Below are positions 9,427-19,727 of a stretch of DNA of 64,000 nt, piece after piece. A program made the translations under genes and the position numbers. Every line of letters begins with the position of its first letter. The stretch's first letter is position 1. Below the pieces are notes generated by a model that was not told the origin of the DNA, made no database searches, and saw only the letters and a list, made by a program, of their open reading frames with translations. This stretch comes from a virus: positions 2,371 to 66,370 of the IMG/VR virus record IMGVR_UViG_3300042310_000427; one strand, written 5' to 3'.

Positions 9427-9831
9427 AAAGGGAAAATAGGCAAACATGGTAAGTATGGTGGTGATTATATTACGCCTTGTGGTGTATTTAGTAATTTATG
9501 GGATGCAGCGAGGGAGATGGGTACTTATGATAATAAGGTATTGAGGGCTTGTATTGGAGGTAGAGATGGATATGGGTTTAAAGCATCTGTAGGTAGAGAG
9601 CCTGAGTGGTATAAGGAGATTGTATGTGATAGTAATAAGAGTTTGAAGGGAAGTGTTCTTTTGAGTGGGAGAGATAGTAGAGGTAAGAAGTGGAGGACTT
9701 ATTGGCTTACACCTGGTGGATTGTTTGGGGATTTAGATACTGCATGTAAGTGGAATGAGGGATTTAGTGAAATTGAGATTAAAAGAAGATGTATTTTAGG
9801 TAAGAAAGGTTGGGGGGTATTTGTTAAGTAA
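9421..9831 (+). CDS. protein with two tandem NUMOD-like DNA-binding repeats
   Basis: two copies of (Y/W)xTPxGxFxxLxxA...RxCxxGxxG(Y/W)G. Confidence 0.65.
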   Translation: MEKGKIGKHGKYGGDYITPCGVFSNLWDAAREMGTYDNKVLRACIGGRDGYGFKASVGREPEWYKEIVCDSNKSLKGSVLLSGRDSRGKKWRTYWLTPGGLFGDLDTACKWNEGFSEIEIKRRCILGKKGWGVFVK

Positions 9832-9835
9832 GAAT

Positions 9836-10195
9836 ATGGGCATAATAAAAATAACAGAAACAAAATTTAACTTTGGTACAGTGTATTATCCTTTTGAAGG
9901 GTATTATAAAATAAAGTATGCGCCAAGTAATAGAGAGCAAAAAAGAAAGTTCATAAGAGAAACCGATAAGATCATTAAAGAATTATTTACCATAGAGAAT
10001 GAATTTCTATGGTATATGTTCGGGCCGGAAGATGATGAGATGAACATGCAATATTATGGACTTGAACACATGGAAGTCTATGAACATTTTTGTAAAAGGT
10101 ATGAGGCTATGTGTGATTGGCTTAATAGAACACAGAAGTTTGTTTACATTGAGATTAAAAGAGATTACTTTAGAGAAGAATATAGAAAGATTTAA
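9836..10195 (+). CDS. hypothetical protein
   Basis: ORF packed between neighbours; likely start MGII. Confidence 0.65.
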   Translation: MGIIKITETKFNFGTVYYPFEGYYKIKYAPSNREQKRKFIRETDKIIKELFTIENEFLWYMFGPEDDEMNMQYYGLEHMEVYEHFCKRYEAMCDWLNRTQKFVYIEIKRDYFREEYRKI

Positions 10196-10199
10196 GATT

Positions 10200-11033
10200 A
10201 TGCAATTAGAAAAAATAAAACCATTAAACAACTATGTCTTACTAAAGGCAAAGTTAGATCCAAGCAAAGTTAAACTTGGGGATACAGGAGTAATCTTGTT
10301 TGTAGATACTGATTTTGAAAAAGAAAAAAACTCAGTAGTAGTATGTGAGGTTGTTGCCATTCCAGATAGATTAGTGTTTGGTTGGAGTACAGACATGAAT
10401 AAGTTTGGAGGGTATGTTCCCAAAGAAAATAGCATGGATTGGAAAACAAACATGGAACTAAGAGTTGGCGATGAAGTGATTATTCACTTTAATGTATTCC
10501 TCCATACAGATAATATAAAATTAAATATTGAAGGACAGGAATATTTCTTTTGTAAGTATAGCGATATTTTTGTTGCAAAAAGAAGATGGAAAGATTCTGA
10601 GATTAAAGAATTTTATCAGCTCAATGGTGGAGATGTAAATGTAAGTGAAGATTTCTGTGAAGAAAATAATATTAGTGTTAATAAAGATACCAAAGAGATT
10701 TTTAATGTTATTATGCTTAATGGGTATTGCCTTGTGGAGCCAATCGAAAAGGAAATTAAAAGTGATTTTTTAATATTGCCAGACAATTACAATCAGCAAA
10801 ATACAGACAAGATTAAAGTAAGAGTTTGTTTTAATGGTAGTGATAACCAAGAGTATTTGTATGAGCATTACCAAGATGCAGAAGGATTGAAGTGTGGAGA
10901 TGTTATTATGATAGAGAAAAATTGTGACATACCACTTGAGTACAATGAAACATTAAATGGTAAAAAGAAGTATTGGAGAGTGCAAAAGAATTTAGTCCAA
11001 GCGGTAGAGAGAAAGGAGGGAGTTGTAGCATGA
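10200..11033 (+). CDS. GroES/Cpn10-like co-chaperonin with two domains
   Basis: 'IKPLNNYVLLKA...EVVA...LRVGDEVI' and 'MLNGYCLVEPIE...LILPD...LKCGDVI'. Confidence 0.75.
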   Translation: MQLEKIKPLNNYVLLKAKLDPSKVKLGDTGVILFVDTDFEKEKNSVVVCEVVAIPDRLVFGWSTDMNKFGGYVPKENSMDWKTNMELRVGDEVIIHFNVFLHTDNIKLNIEGQEYFFCKYSDIFVAKRRWKDSEIKEFYQLNGGDVNVSEDFCEENNISVNKDTKEIFNVIMLNGYCLVEPIEKEIKSDFLILPDNYNQQNTDKIKVRVCFNGSDNQEYLYEHYQDAEGLKCGDVIMIEKNCDIPLEYNETLNGKKKYWRVQKNLVQAVERKEGVVA

Positions 11034-11317
11034 TACAAAGAATAAGCGGAATAGACACAACCATCTCAAGTAAAATAAGAGAATTTGAATCGCAAGGTTA
11101 TAAAGTTGAGATATTGTCAACACATATAGACCCTCAAAACACAAATATCATTACAATGATCCTTAAATTAAGTTAAATATGCCAGAATTTAAAATAAACC
11201 CACAAAGAGAATACCTCGAAAGAAAACTATTCAAGCAACATAAAAATAAAACACGATTTTATTTAATGGGCAAGGATATTTATAAGAAGTACATTGATTT
11301 TCAAGAATATTTAACCA

Positions 11318-11755
11318 ATGCCAAACACAACAAATAAAGAATATTCATTGCAAGTAGCAGTATGTAGGTATTTAAACTTAAAGTACCCTCAGTTGTTATT
11401 TATGTCTGATACAGTTGCAAGTGTAAAGCTCACACCGGCACAAGGAGGTAGAAATGCAGCAATCCAAAAAAGAGATTTTAGTTGCCCGGACTTAATTATC
11501 TTCCACCCTAATGAAAAATACAATGGCTTGTTTATGGAACTTAAAATAAGCTCACCATACAATAGAGATGGGAGTTTAAGAAAACAAAAAGTAACCGTTA
11601 AAAAAGGCGGTATTGTAGTAGATGAGTATGACCACCTTGAAGAACAAGCAAGGGCAATGAGAATGCTAAGAGATAGAGGATATTGGGCAGACTTTGTATG
11701 GTCGCTTGATGATGCAATGAGGATAATTGATAAGTATATGGAGGGTAAATTATGA
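11318..11755 (+). CDS. VRR-NUC family nuclease
   Basis: 'EYSLQ...PDLIIF...GLFMELK...EQ...L...GY' PD-(D/E)xK pattern. Confidence 0.85.
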   Translation: MPNTTNKEYSLQVAVCRYLNLKYPQLLFMSDTVASVKLTPAQGGRNAAIQKRDFSCPDLIIFHPNEKYNGLFMELKISSPYNRDGSLRKQKVTVKKGGIVVDEYDHLEEQARAMRMLRDRGYWADFVWSLDDAMRIIDKYMEGKL

Positions 11756-12315
11756 TTTACACAGACATGAAATTTATTGCCACCGATAATCCCGAAAATG
11801 ACTACCAACAGTTAAGGGATTATATGGCAAAGTTCCCTATTAGAAGAAAAAGAATATACTATAGGGCAGATGGCGTATTATATACTAAGGTAAGGGCATC
11901 AATGAGATTGCAATTAAGGCTTGATGGTATTTACATCGTTAAGTCAAGGGCGTTTGATAAGTATCTAAATCAACAGGCAGATACCTTAGAACGTGCCATT
12001 GTAAACTTTAGGAGATTAGGCAAAGGACCATTACTTAAGCATGTATTCTACCATATTTGTAAGCCACATAAAATGGATTTAAAAAGAAGGTACAATCTAA
12101 TAGATGTGAGAATAAATAAGGACCAAGTAGTATTATCATACCAAACTACAGATATTAAAAAAAGTAGAACGGCAGTATTAACACTTACCCAAGATGAGCC
12201 TTTAGGAATGTTTTATATTAAAAATAATCTCACCGAAGAAATAAGGTATTTTGATATTCCAGAAGAAGAAAAGCGAAAAATCAAAGAAAAAATCACATAT
12301 TTGCACAAAAGATAA
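11752..12315 (+). CDS. hypothetical protein
   Basis: 187-aa ORF with translational coupling at both ends. Confidence 0.7.
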   Translation: MIYTDMKFIATDNPENDYQQLRDYMAKFPIRRKRIYYRADGVLYTKVRASMRLQLRLDGIYIVKSRAFDKYLNQQADTLERAIVNFRRLGKGPLLKHVFYHICKPHKMDLKRRYNLIDVRINKDQVVLSYQTTDIKKSRTAVLTLTQDEPLGMFYIKNNLTEEIRYFDIPEEEKRKIKEKITYLHKR

Positions 12316-13052
12316 TGGAAATAAATAAGATATACAACGAGAATTGTTTAGATACTATGGCAAAGATGCCCGATAAGTTTGTGGACTTAGTGGTTACATC
12401 TCCACCTTATAATATGAGAACAAGGATTCGTAATGGCAAATACACTTCAAGAGAAAAATCAGAACACTTTAGTAAAAAATATGAACATTTTAGTGATGAT
12501 ATGCAGATTGATGATTTTTATGATTTTCATAGCAAGGCATTAACTGAATTGCTAAGAGTTTCAAAAATTGTATGCTATAATTTTCAAATAGTAACAGGAT
12601 CGAAAGAGGCTTTTTTTAGAATAATGGGAACATTTAGCAAACACATAAAAGATGTAATTGTTTGGGATAAAGGAAACGGACAGCCTGCAATGCACGAAAA
12701 TGTATTAAACAGTTCTTATGAAATAATACTGATTTTAGAAGATGACGAAAAATGTGGGAGAATGATACAAAATGCTAATTTTAAAAGAGGTGAAATGGAT
12801 AACATACTAAGAGTAGGTAGAGGCAAAAAAGTAGTAGAAGGGCATAGTGCAGTATTCCCTGAAATATTAGCAGGGTCATTAATTAAAGCATTTAGTAAAG
12901 AAGGCCATTTGGTTTACGACCCATTTATGGGTAGCGGAACAACTGCAATAGTTTCAAAAAAAATAAACAGAAAATACATTGGCAGCGAAATAACAAAACA
13001 ATATTTTGATATTTCTAACCAAAGATTACAATTAGAAGCAACACTATTTTAA
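12315..13052 (+). CDS. amino-DNA methyltransferase (N4-C/N6-A, beta class)
   Basis: TSPPY motif IV precedes the DPFMGSGTT motif I. Confidence 0.95.
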   Translation: MEINKIYNENCLDTMAKMPDKFVDLVVTSPPYNMRTRIRNGKYTSREKSEHFSKKYEHFSDDMQIDDFYDFHSKALTELLRVSKIVCYNFQIVTGSKEAFFRIMGTFSKHIKDVIVWDKGNGQPAMHENVLNSSYEIILILEDDEKCGRMIQNANFKRGEMDNILRVGRGKKVVEGHSAVFPEILAGSLIKAFSKEGHLVYDPFMGSGTTAIVSKKINRKYIGSEITKQYFDISNQRLQLEATLF

Positions 13053-13054
13053 CA

Positions 13055-13714
13055 ATGGAATTTGCACCAAGCGACTTTAACCGATTAATGATTGATGTTA
13101 CAAAAGCAGACATGAGTGTGCCTTTTGTAAAACAATTCCATCAACTACAGTTATATACCGAGTTCAGTAAACTCCCAACTAAAAGCCTTGAAGTAAACAG
13201 AATCATCAAATGGATAGTGTATGTTTATGACAAAGGCTCCCCTTACAGAGATAAATATAAAAATCTCACACAAAGGAAAGTGCAGGCAATGATGGATGTA
13301 GGGTATGATTTGCAAGAAGATAGCCAAAGGTTCAATGGCGATGTAGAAGATGTCCTTATGGGTCATAACTCCTATGTCAATGCAATGATTATAGCATACA
13401 TTAAACTACATTGCGATGCCGAGTATTCGCACTTACTACTCCTTGAATCAATGTACTTTACAATCTATGCACAAGTGCTAAGCGGTATTACGCAAAAGAT
13501 TGTTGAGCTTGAAAAAACCAAAGAGGCATATTCCCAGGCAATTGACATTGTACTAATGAATGACAAAAATAAAGGACTTGTAACAGAACTTTATAAAAGC
13601 ATTAATAATGACAAGATTAAATTAAGACCAGAGGATATGGCAAAAGCAATTAAAGAAAAAGGCGCACAATCCGCAGCCATAGAAATATCAGAAGCATTTA
13701 ATGTCAAAATTTAG
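13055..13714 (+). CDS. conserved protein upstream of terminase (possible small terminase)
   Basis: position, overlapping the terL start; helical composition. Confidence 0.5.
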   Translation: MEFAPSDFNRLMIDVTKADMSVPFVKQFHQLQLYTEFSKLPTKSLEVNRIIKWIVYVYDKGSPYRDKYKNLTQRKVQAMMDVGYDLQEDSQRFNGDVEDVLMGHNSYVNAMIIAYIKLHCDAEYSHLLLLESMYFTIYAQVLSGITQKIVELEKTKEAYSQAIDIVLMNDKNKGLVTELYKSINNDKIKLRPEDMAKAIKEKGAQSAAIEISEAFNVKI

Positions 13715-15878
13715 TCAGTATAAAAAATATGGTATTAAGGATTCTATATTAGAACAATATAGTAATGAGGATGAGTACATAGACTACAATAAGGATGATG
13801 CCGATTTAGATACCATAAGAGTTCCACTTCCACCAACACCAAGTTGGGATAAGATAGATGGATTTGGATTACCTGCCAAAGAACAAAAATTTAAAAGACA
13901 AACCTTGCCATACAAACTAATGGCATTGCAAGAGGAACAAGACGATGATGGTGAGTTTCTAACCCAAGATGAAATATGGGCAAAAATAGAACTTGATGTC
14001 GAACATTATCAAGATGAAATAGAATGGATAGCAACCCAATGGGTAAGAGTGTTAAATGGATACTGGTTTTTTAATAATGGTAAAGCAACCTACCTTGATG
14101 GGTGGAATTATTTTTACCTAAACTTTTACCACTTAGACCAATCACTACCTGAATACAGGGATAGAGATAGAAGGTTCTTTTTATTTGCAAGATTTTGTTA
14201 CAATGACAAAGATTGCTACGGATTTGTATATCCTAAACACAGAAGGGAAGGGGCAACATACAAAACAAGCTGCATACATTATTTAATAATCTCTTTACTT
14301 GGTAATGCAAGGGGAGGTATTCAATCAATGACAGATAGCTCAGGGGCAGACGTATTTTTAAAACACATCATTGACCCTTGGAGAAAAATGCCATTCTTTT
14401 TTAAGCCTAACCACAATGGTGGTGATGACCCTAAAAAGATACTTGCATTTAGAGCATCAGCATCAAGAGGTAAAAAAGGTATTAAAGCCAAAAGCGGTAA
14501 AAGTTTAGATAGTGAAATTTCTTATAGAGCATCAGTTCAAACTGCATACGATGGAACAAAACTATTTTTCTACCACCATGAGGAGATAGGAAAATTTGTG
14601 GAAGGCAATGTTGTGGATAGATGGAACATTGTAAAATTAACATTGTCAACAGGTGCCGGTAAAAAGATTCATGGATTTACAATACAAACATCTACGGTAG
14701 GGGAAATGGAAGTAGGTGGTGGTGAACCATTCAGACAATTATGCGAAAGTTCAATGTATGGTCAAAGAAATAAAAATAACCAAACCGATAGTGGATTGTA
14801 TATTTTATTCATGCCGGCATACGATGGCTTAGAAGATTTTATTGATGAGTATGGTATGTCTGTAATAGATACGCCAACCGAACAACAAGCAAAGTTTATA
14901 AAGAATAACATTGGTGCAAGACAATACATAGAAAATCAAATAGAAAGTCTGTCTAAAAAATCAGACAAAACAGATTTACTTGCATTCCAAAGGCAAACAC
15001 CAACAACTTATAGAGGTTGTTTTAGGACCAATAGCAAAAACCCGTTCTTTGATTTGAACTTAATCGAAACAAGGATTGATGAACTAAGGGAAAATAAAAC
15101 AATGACAGTCAAGGGTAACTTTGAGTGGTTAGGTCAGCCATATAAATCAGGAGTAAAATTTGTAGAAGATCCTGATGGAAGATTTACTTTGAGTAAATTA
15201 ATGGCAGCAAACGAGGCTAACAATTTTTATTGGAATGCCGAGGCTGAAAGTTTTGAGCCTTTAAATTTACATTTTTGTGCAGGGGCCGATACATTTAAGT
15301 CGAATAAAGTAAAAAGTAAAAAGAAATCCGATGGTGGTGGTGCTGTATTCTGGGGCCACGATATTATGAAAGACCCATATGATAAGCCAATGGAACAATG
15401 GATAACACACAGATTTGTATGTAGTTATTCTAATCGTAGGCCAACCAAAGAAGATTATGGTGATGATATGATTATGATGTGCTTGTATTATGGTTGCCCA
15501 ATGTTTGCAGAAAGGAACGTGCCTTTTGTAATTGAGTATTTTGAGGCAATGGGATTTGAGAATTTCTTAGTCCACTACCAACAATATGGCAAATATGATA
15601 CAGTAGCAGGTAAAGATACCGATGTAAAAATTAAACAAAAAATCTTCAATGAGTACCGGACTTATATAAAAAGGCATGGGATGAGAGAAAGGCATACCGA
15701 CCTATTAATAGAGATTCGAGATATAAAAGACATAGACGATATGACTAATTGGGATTTATTTACAGCAGGTGGATACGCACTAATAGGTAATTTAAACTAT
15801 TGGCCCGATATTCAAAAAGAACAAATGCAACAAGGTAACGAAAATAATGATATTTTTGTAGAGGAAATTTTATATTAA
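13701..15878 (+). CDS. terL: terminase large subunit (crAss-like)
   Basis: 'KHRREGATY' Walker A variant, 'HEEIGK' Walker B, STVGE coupling motif, C-terminal 'GAD...AERN...WDL' nuclease region. Confidence 0.92.
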   Translation: MSKFSQYKKYGIKDSILEQYSNEDEYIDYNKDDADLDTIRVPLPPTPSWDKIDGFGLPAKEQKFKRQTLPYKLMALQEEQDDDGEFLTQDEIWAKIELDVEHYQDEIEWIATQWVRVLNGYWFFNNGKATYLDGWNYFYLNFYHLDQSLPEYRDRDRRFFLFARFCYNDKDCYGFVYPKHRREGATYKTSCIHYLIISLLGNARGGIQSMTDSSGADVFLKHIIDPWRKMPFFFKPNHNGGDDPKKILAFRASASRGKKGIKAKSGKSLDSEISYRASVQTAYDGTKLFFYHHEEIGKFVEGNVVDRWNIVKLTLSTGAGKKIHGFTIQTSTVGEMEVGGGEPFRQLCESSMYGQRNKNNQTDSGLYILFMPAYDGLEDFIDEYGMSVIDTPTEQQAKFIKNNIGARQYIENQIESLSKKSDKTDLLAFQRQTPTTYRGCFRTNSKNPFFDLNLIETRIDELRENKTMTVKGNFEWLGQPYKSGVKFVEDPDGRFTLSKLMAANEANNFYWNAEAESFEPLNLHFCAGADTFKSNKVKSKKKSDGGGAVFWGHDIMKDPYDKPMEQWITHRFVCSYSNRRPTKEDYGDDMIMMCLYYGCPMFAERNVPFVIEYFEAMGFENFLVHYQQYGKYDTVAGKDTDVKIKQKIFNEYRTYIKRHGMRERHTDLLIEIRDIKDIDDMTNWDLFTAGGYALIGNLNYWPDIQKEQMQQGNENNDIFVEEILY

Positions 15879-18259
15879 TGGCAACAAACAATAATAGTCA
15901 GACACAAGGGTTAATTGGATTCCCTTCACACGATGTTAGTCCACAAATAAAAGTAGGTAAAGAATGGTGTATGACTTTTTGTAAAGCCATAGATTCATTG
16001 TACCGCAACAACATGACTGGACTTAACTATTCAGATGTTGATTTATTTAATCTTTGGAGGGCATACGGAAATGGAAACCAAAGCGTATCTCAATACATGG
16101 ATTTACTTGGCATTAAAAAAAATGCAGTATCCCCAGTTACTCAAACAGTAAGTGATGTAAACCCACCTGCAAGAGATAATAAAGAGTTTATGCGCAAAGG
16201 CTACATGAATGTCAAATGGGATATTGTACCTATTGCGCCCAACTTTAAAAACATTATTTTAGGCATTGGTGAAGATATGGACTATGATGTTTTTGCCGAT
16301 GGCCTTGATGAAGCATCTTCTGCAGAAAGACAACAAATGAAATATCTTTTGTGGGTAGAAAGAGAACTTAAAGGATACTTTGATAAATTAGAACAAGCAG
16401 CCAATGTAGAATTTCCAAAACCAGACTATGTTCCACAAAGTAATCAAGAGTTAGAATTATTTGCCCAACTTGGTGGCTTTAAATTAAAATCAGAAATGTC
16501 AATCGAGCAAGGAATAAATTATACCTTAGACATCTCTGAATGGAAAGAGGTTAGAAGAAAGTTGCTTGAAGATGCCTTTGAACTTGGAGTGGTAGGTGTA
16601 AAAGATTATGTTGACCCGTTTACCCAAAAAGCAAAAGTAAGATATTGCGACCCTGCATTGTGTGTAATACCATACAATCACCAACAAGATTTTAATAATA
16701 TGCCATTTGCAGGGGAATACATTTATTACTCAATCGCAGAACTAAGGTCATTAACAAATCTTGATGGAAGTAGAGTGTTTACAGAACAAGAATTATCTCA
16801 AATTGCAGCTTATGCCGTAACCCAATGGGGCAATCCTTCCATGGTTAATAATTTCCAACCAGATAACATGGGAAGATATGAGTATGACAACTTTAAAATC
16901 TGTGTTATGGATGCTGAGTTTAAATCAGACGACAGAGAATACATGACCGAAAGAACCACAGGGGATGGTAAAAAAGTAGTCCACAAAGATACTTATGGTA
17001 AGGTAAGAAACTCACCAACTAAGAAAACACACATCACTACAAGACAAATGGTTTACAGATGCAAATGGATTGTAGGTTCAGAATATGCTTGGGACTATGG
17101 ACATCAATTTGATATTCCAAGACCAACACCAAGCCAAGCTAATTTAAGTTTCCACTTTTATAAAATGAAAGCCGGTTCTTACATTAAAAGAATGATACCT
17201 CACTTAGATGGTATGCAACTTGCTTGGTTAAAACTACAAAACGCAGTAGCCAAAGCAAGACCAAAAGGACTTGCCATTGATTACAATACTATTACTAACA
17301 TCACTATGGCCAATAATAAATTGCAGCCACTTGATGTTTTAAAGATAGCAAATCAGCAAGGGGATATGTTATTCCAATCAACCTCTACAAAAAGCCATTT
17401 GCCATCACAAACAAACTACAGACCAATTCAAGAACTTGAAGGTGGATTAGGTAATCAACTAAACGAATACTTAGGTTTAATAAACTCTCACCTTGAAAGC
17501 ATCAGACAAGTAATAGGTATTAATAGAGTAGCAGATGCAAGTTCCCCTGGGGCGCAACAATTGGTAGGTGTATCAGAGATAAGTATGCAAGCAACAGTAA
17601 CATCATTAAGGCCAATGTTCAGTTCAATACTAAATGTAAAAGAACGTGCATGTAGAAATATTGCTTTAAGGATACAAATGCTTATCAAGTTTAATAAAGT
17701 GTATGAGCTTGGATACCATAAAGTATTTGGTAAATCTGTTACCGAGGTTTTAAAGATTGGCTCAGAAGTAGAGAACTCTATGTTTGGAATAAGAATAGAG
17801 GCAAGACCAAACCAACAAGAGAAAGACCAAATAATGCAAGCAGCACTTGAAAGCATGAGAGTAGGCAGACAAGGACAACCGTTACTTGGATATGCAGATT
17901 ACTTAATGGTCCAAAACTTTGTTAATTTAGGGATGACTAAAATGGCAAGGGCATACATAGGCCAAAAAGAAAGAGAAGCAATCACAAGAATGGATGAAGA
18001 AAAAGCAGCAGCAATCGAGCAACAAGGACAACAAAATGCACAACTTCAACAAATGAAAGGTGAGCAAGAAGCAGCCTTAATGAAAAAAGAAATGGAAATG
18101 ATTGTTTTAAAAGCTGATGAAGAAAGAAAAACATTAGTATTAAAATACCAAAAAGAAATGGAACTAAGATTTGGTATTGAAAAGATAAAAGGCGAGCAAA
18201 AAGAAAATGAAATGATTGTAAATTCTGTAGCCGAACAAGAAAAAGAAATCACCAAGTAA
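15878..18259 (+). CDS. portal protein
   Basis: 793 aa directly after terL; 'GINRVADAS' motif and C-terminal coiled coil. Confidence 0.88.
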   Translation: MATNNNSQTQGLIGFPSHDVSPQIKVGKEWCMTFCKAIDSLYRNNMTGLNYSDVDLFNLWRAYGNGNQSVSQYMDLLGIKKNAVSPVTQTVSDVNPPARDNKEFMRKGYMNVKWDIVPIAPNFKNIILGIGEDMDYDVFADGLDEASSAERQQMKYLLWVERELKGYFDKLEQAANVEFPKPDYVPQSNQELELFAQLGGFKLKSEMSIEQGINYTLDISEWKEVRRKLLEDAFELGVVGVKDYVDPFTQKAKVRYCDPALCVIPYNHQQDFNNMPFAGEYIYYSIAELRSLTNLDGSRVFTEQELSQIAAYAVTQWGNPSMVNNFQPDNMGRYEYDNFKICVMDAEFKSDDREYMTERTTGDGKKVVHKDTYGKVRNSPTKKTHITTRQMVYRCKWIVGSEYAWDYGHQFDIPRPTPSQANLSFHFYKMKAGSYIKRMIPHLDGMQLAWLKLQNAVAKARPKGLAIDYNTITNITMANNKLQPLDVLKIANQQGDMLFQSTSTKSHLPSQTNYRPIQELEGGLGNQLNEYLGLINSHLESIRQVIGINRVADASSPGAQQLVGVSEISMQATVTSLRPMFSSILNVKERACRNIALRIQMLIKFNKVYELGYHKVFGKSVTEVLKIGSEVENSMFGIRIEARPNQQEKDQIMQAALESMRVGRQGQPLLGYADYLMVQNFVNLGMTKMARAYIGQKEREAITRMDEEKAAAIEQQGQQNAQLQQMKGEQEAALMKKEMEMIVLKADEERKTLVLKYQKEMELRFGIEKIKGEQKENEMIVNSVAEQEKEITK

Positions 18260-18271
18260 TGATTTTTGCAT

Positions 18272-18354
18272 TATATTTGCAGACATCTTAATTCTTTAGG
18301 TTGTTTTTCATTATTTTTTTTCATGGGAACCCCAAGGTAAAATCTTGGGGTTTT
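18272..18354 (+). ncRNA. candidate sRNA with two anti-start-codon segments
   Basis: TATATTTG at 18272, two TTTTTCAT tracts, then intrinsic terminator AACCCCAAG/CTTGGGGTT-TT. Confidence 0.55.
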
Positions 18355-18388
18355 ACTTTTATTTTCCATTATTTTAGACACAAAAGAA

Positions 18389-18417
18389 ACAACCTATTAT
18401 AATAATGTGTTAATTTG
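18389..18417 (+). promoter_or_regulatory. putative late promoter ACAACCTA-N17-TTTG
   Basis: same motif and spacing as at 24884, 50055 and 52573. Confidence 0.75.
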
Positions 18418-18435
18418 CACTTAAATTACATACAC

Positions 18436-19620
18436 ATGACCGAGTTAAATGATCAAAAAGCACAATTCTTGCAATCCATAGGAGTAGAACCCAAGGTCAC
18501 TCCACCTGCAAGTGAACCAATTGAGCCTACAGAACCACAAGGGCAAGTAGTGCCAAATGAGCCAATTGTTACGAAAACAACTACAGAACCAACTCCACCT
18601 GCACCAACTCAGCCAATAGGGTTGACAGAGGACATTAAATTACAAGCAATCAATGAGGTGCTTGGAACTAACTACTCAAAATTAGAAGATGCAGTAGAGG
18701 CAAAAAACAGAATGATGGGTTATAATGAACTTAAAGAGTACAAAGAAAAGTATGATGAGTTAAATTCTAAACCACTTGCAAGTTTTCACTCTAAAACAAT
18801 TGAGGAGTTAAATAACTTTGCAAAAGTAACAGGCATAGATGACCCTACTATTATAAGGTCAGTAAAAGCATTTTCTGAAAAACAAGAAAAAGACCCGATT
18901 GAAGCATTAGTATTGGCAGAAATTTTAAATGACCCAACACTTGCTGAAAAAAGAGATTTATTGAAAAAACAAATTTCAAGAAAATATAAAATAGAAATTG
19001 ACGAAGATTTGTATGGTGAAGAATTGGAAAAAGCGAGAGAGGAATCAGACTTAAGCAAATTCCAATTGGAACGTGATGCAAGCAAGGCAATAAAAAGTAT
19101 AAGTGAAACTTTGGAAAAGGTGAATACCGAGAGCAAAGACAATCCTTATAGCAAAACTCAAGAGCAAAAACAAAATCTCAAAGCGCAATGGGATAATGTT
19201 ATTGTTAGCAACTATGACAAAATTTTTGGTAAAGTTCCTGTTCAAGTACCGAAGGGAAAGGATGAGAGTGGCAATACCATTTACGAAACCATAGACACAA
19301 TTGAGTTATCTCCAACCGAGGCTAAACAGTATGCTGAACAAGCGGTTAAATCATTGGTTAATTCTGGAACGGAAATAACTGAGGCCAATCTTGTTGATGC
19401 GGTTTATCAGCAGCATTTAATGATTCAAGCGAAACACCTTGAAAAAGTTAAAGACAAAATGTATGCGAAAATCCAAGCAGAGGTTAGATTAAACTTGGAG
19501 AAAGAAATCCACAACCCTTCATCCTTAAAGGGCGGTAACACACCACCACCACAAGCACCTGTTAAAGAGTTTGGAGATAAGATTCTCGAAAAACTTGAAA
19601 GCATGAATAGATTGAGCTAA
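18436..19620 (+). CDS. capsid scaffolding protein
   Basis: Pro/Glu-rich N-terminus, acidic helical body, between portal and capsid genes. Confidence 0.7.
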   Translation: MTELNDQKAQFLQSIGVEPKVTPPASEPIEPTEPQGQVVPNEPIVTKTTTEPTPPAPTQPIGLTEDIKLQAINEVLGTNYSKLEDAVEAKNRMMGYNELKEYKEKYDELNSKPLASFHSKTIEELNNFAKVTGIDDPTIIRSVKAFSEKQEKDPIEALVLAEILNDPTLAEKRDLLKKQISRKYKIEIDEDLYGEELEKAREESDLSKFQLERDASKAIKSISETLEKVNTESKDNPYSKTQEQKQNLKAQWDNVIVSNYDKIFGKVPVQVPKGKDESGNTIYETIDTIELSPTEAKQYAEQAVKSLVNSGTEITEANLVDAVYQQHLMIQAKHLEKVKDKMYAKIQAEVRLNLEKEIHNPSSLKGGNTPPPQAPVKEFGDKILEKLESMNRLS

Positions 19621-19727
19621 TGGCGTGTCAATTGAGGAAATGAAAAAAAAGAAAAAAAGAAAAACAATTTAATTGAAAAGAAAACAAAAAATCAAAATTA
19701 ACAATAACAATTAAATTAAATTAAAAA

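Noticed and set aside
12315-13052. Complete restriction-modification system
   Set aside because: No cognate restriction endonuclease is adjacent; the nearby VRR-NUC is a common stand-alone phage nuclease, so the methylase is treated as an orphan.
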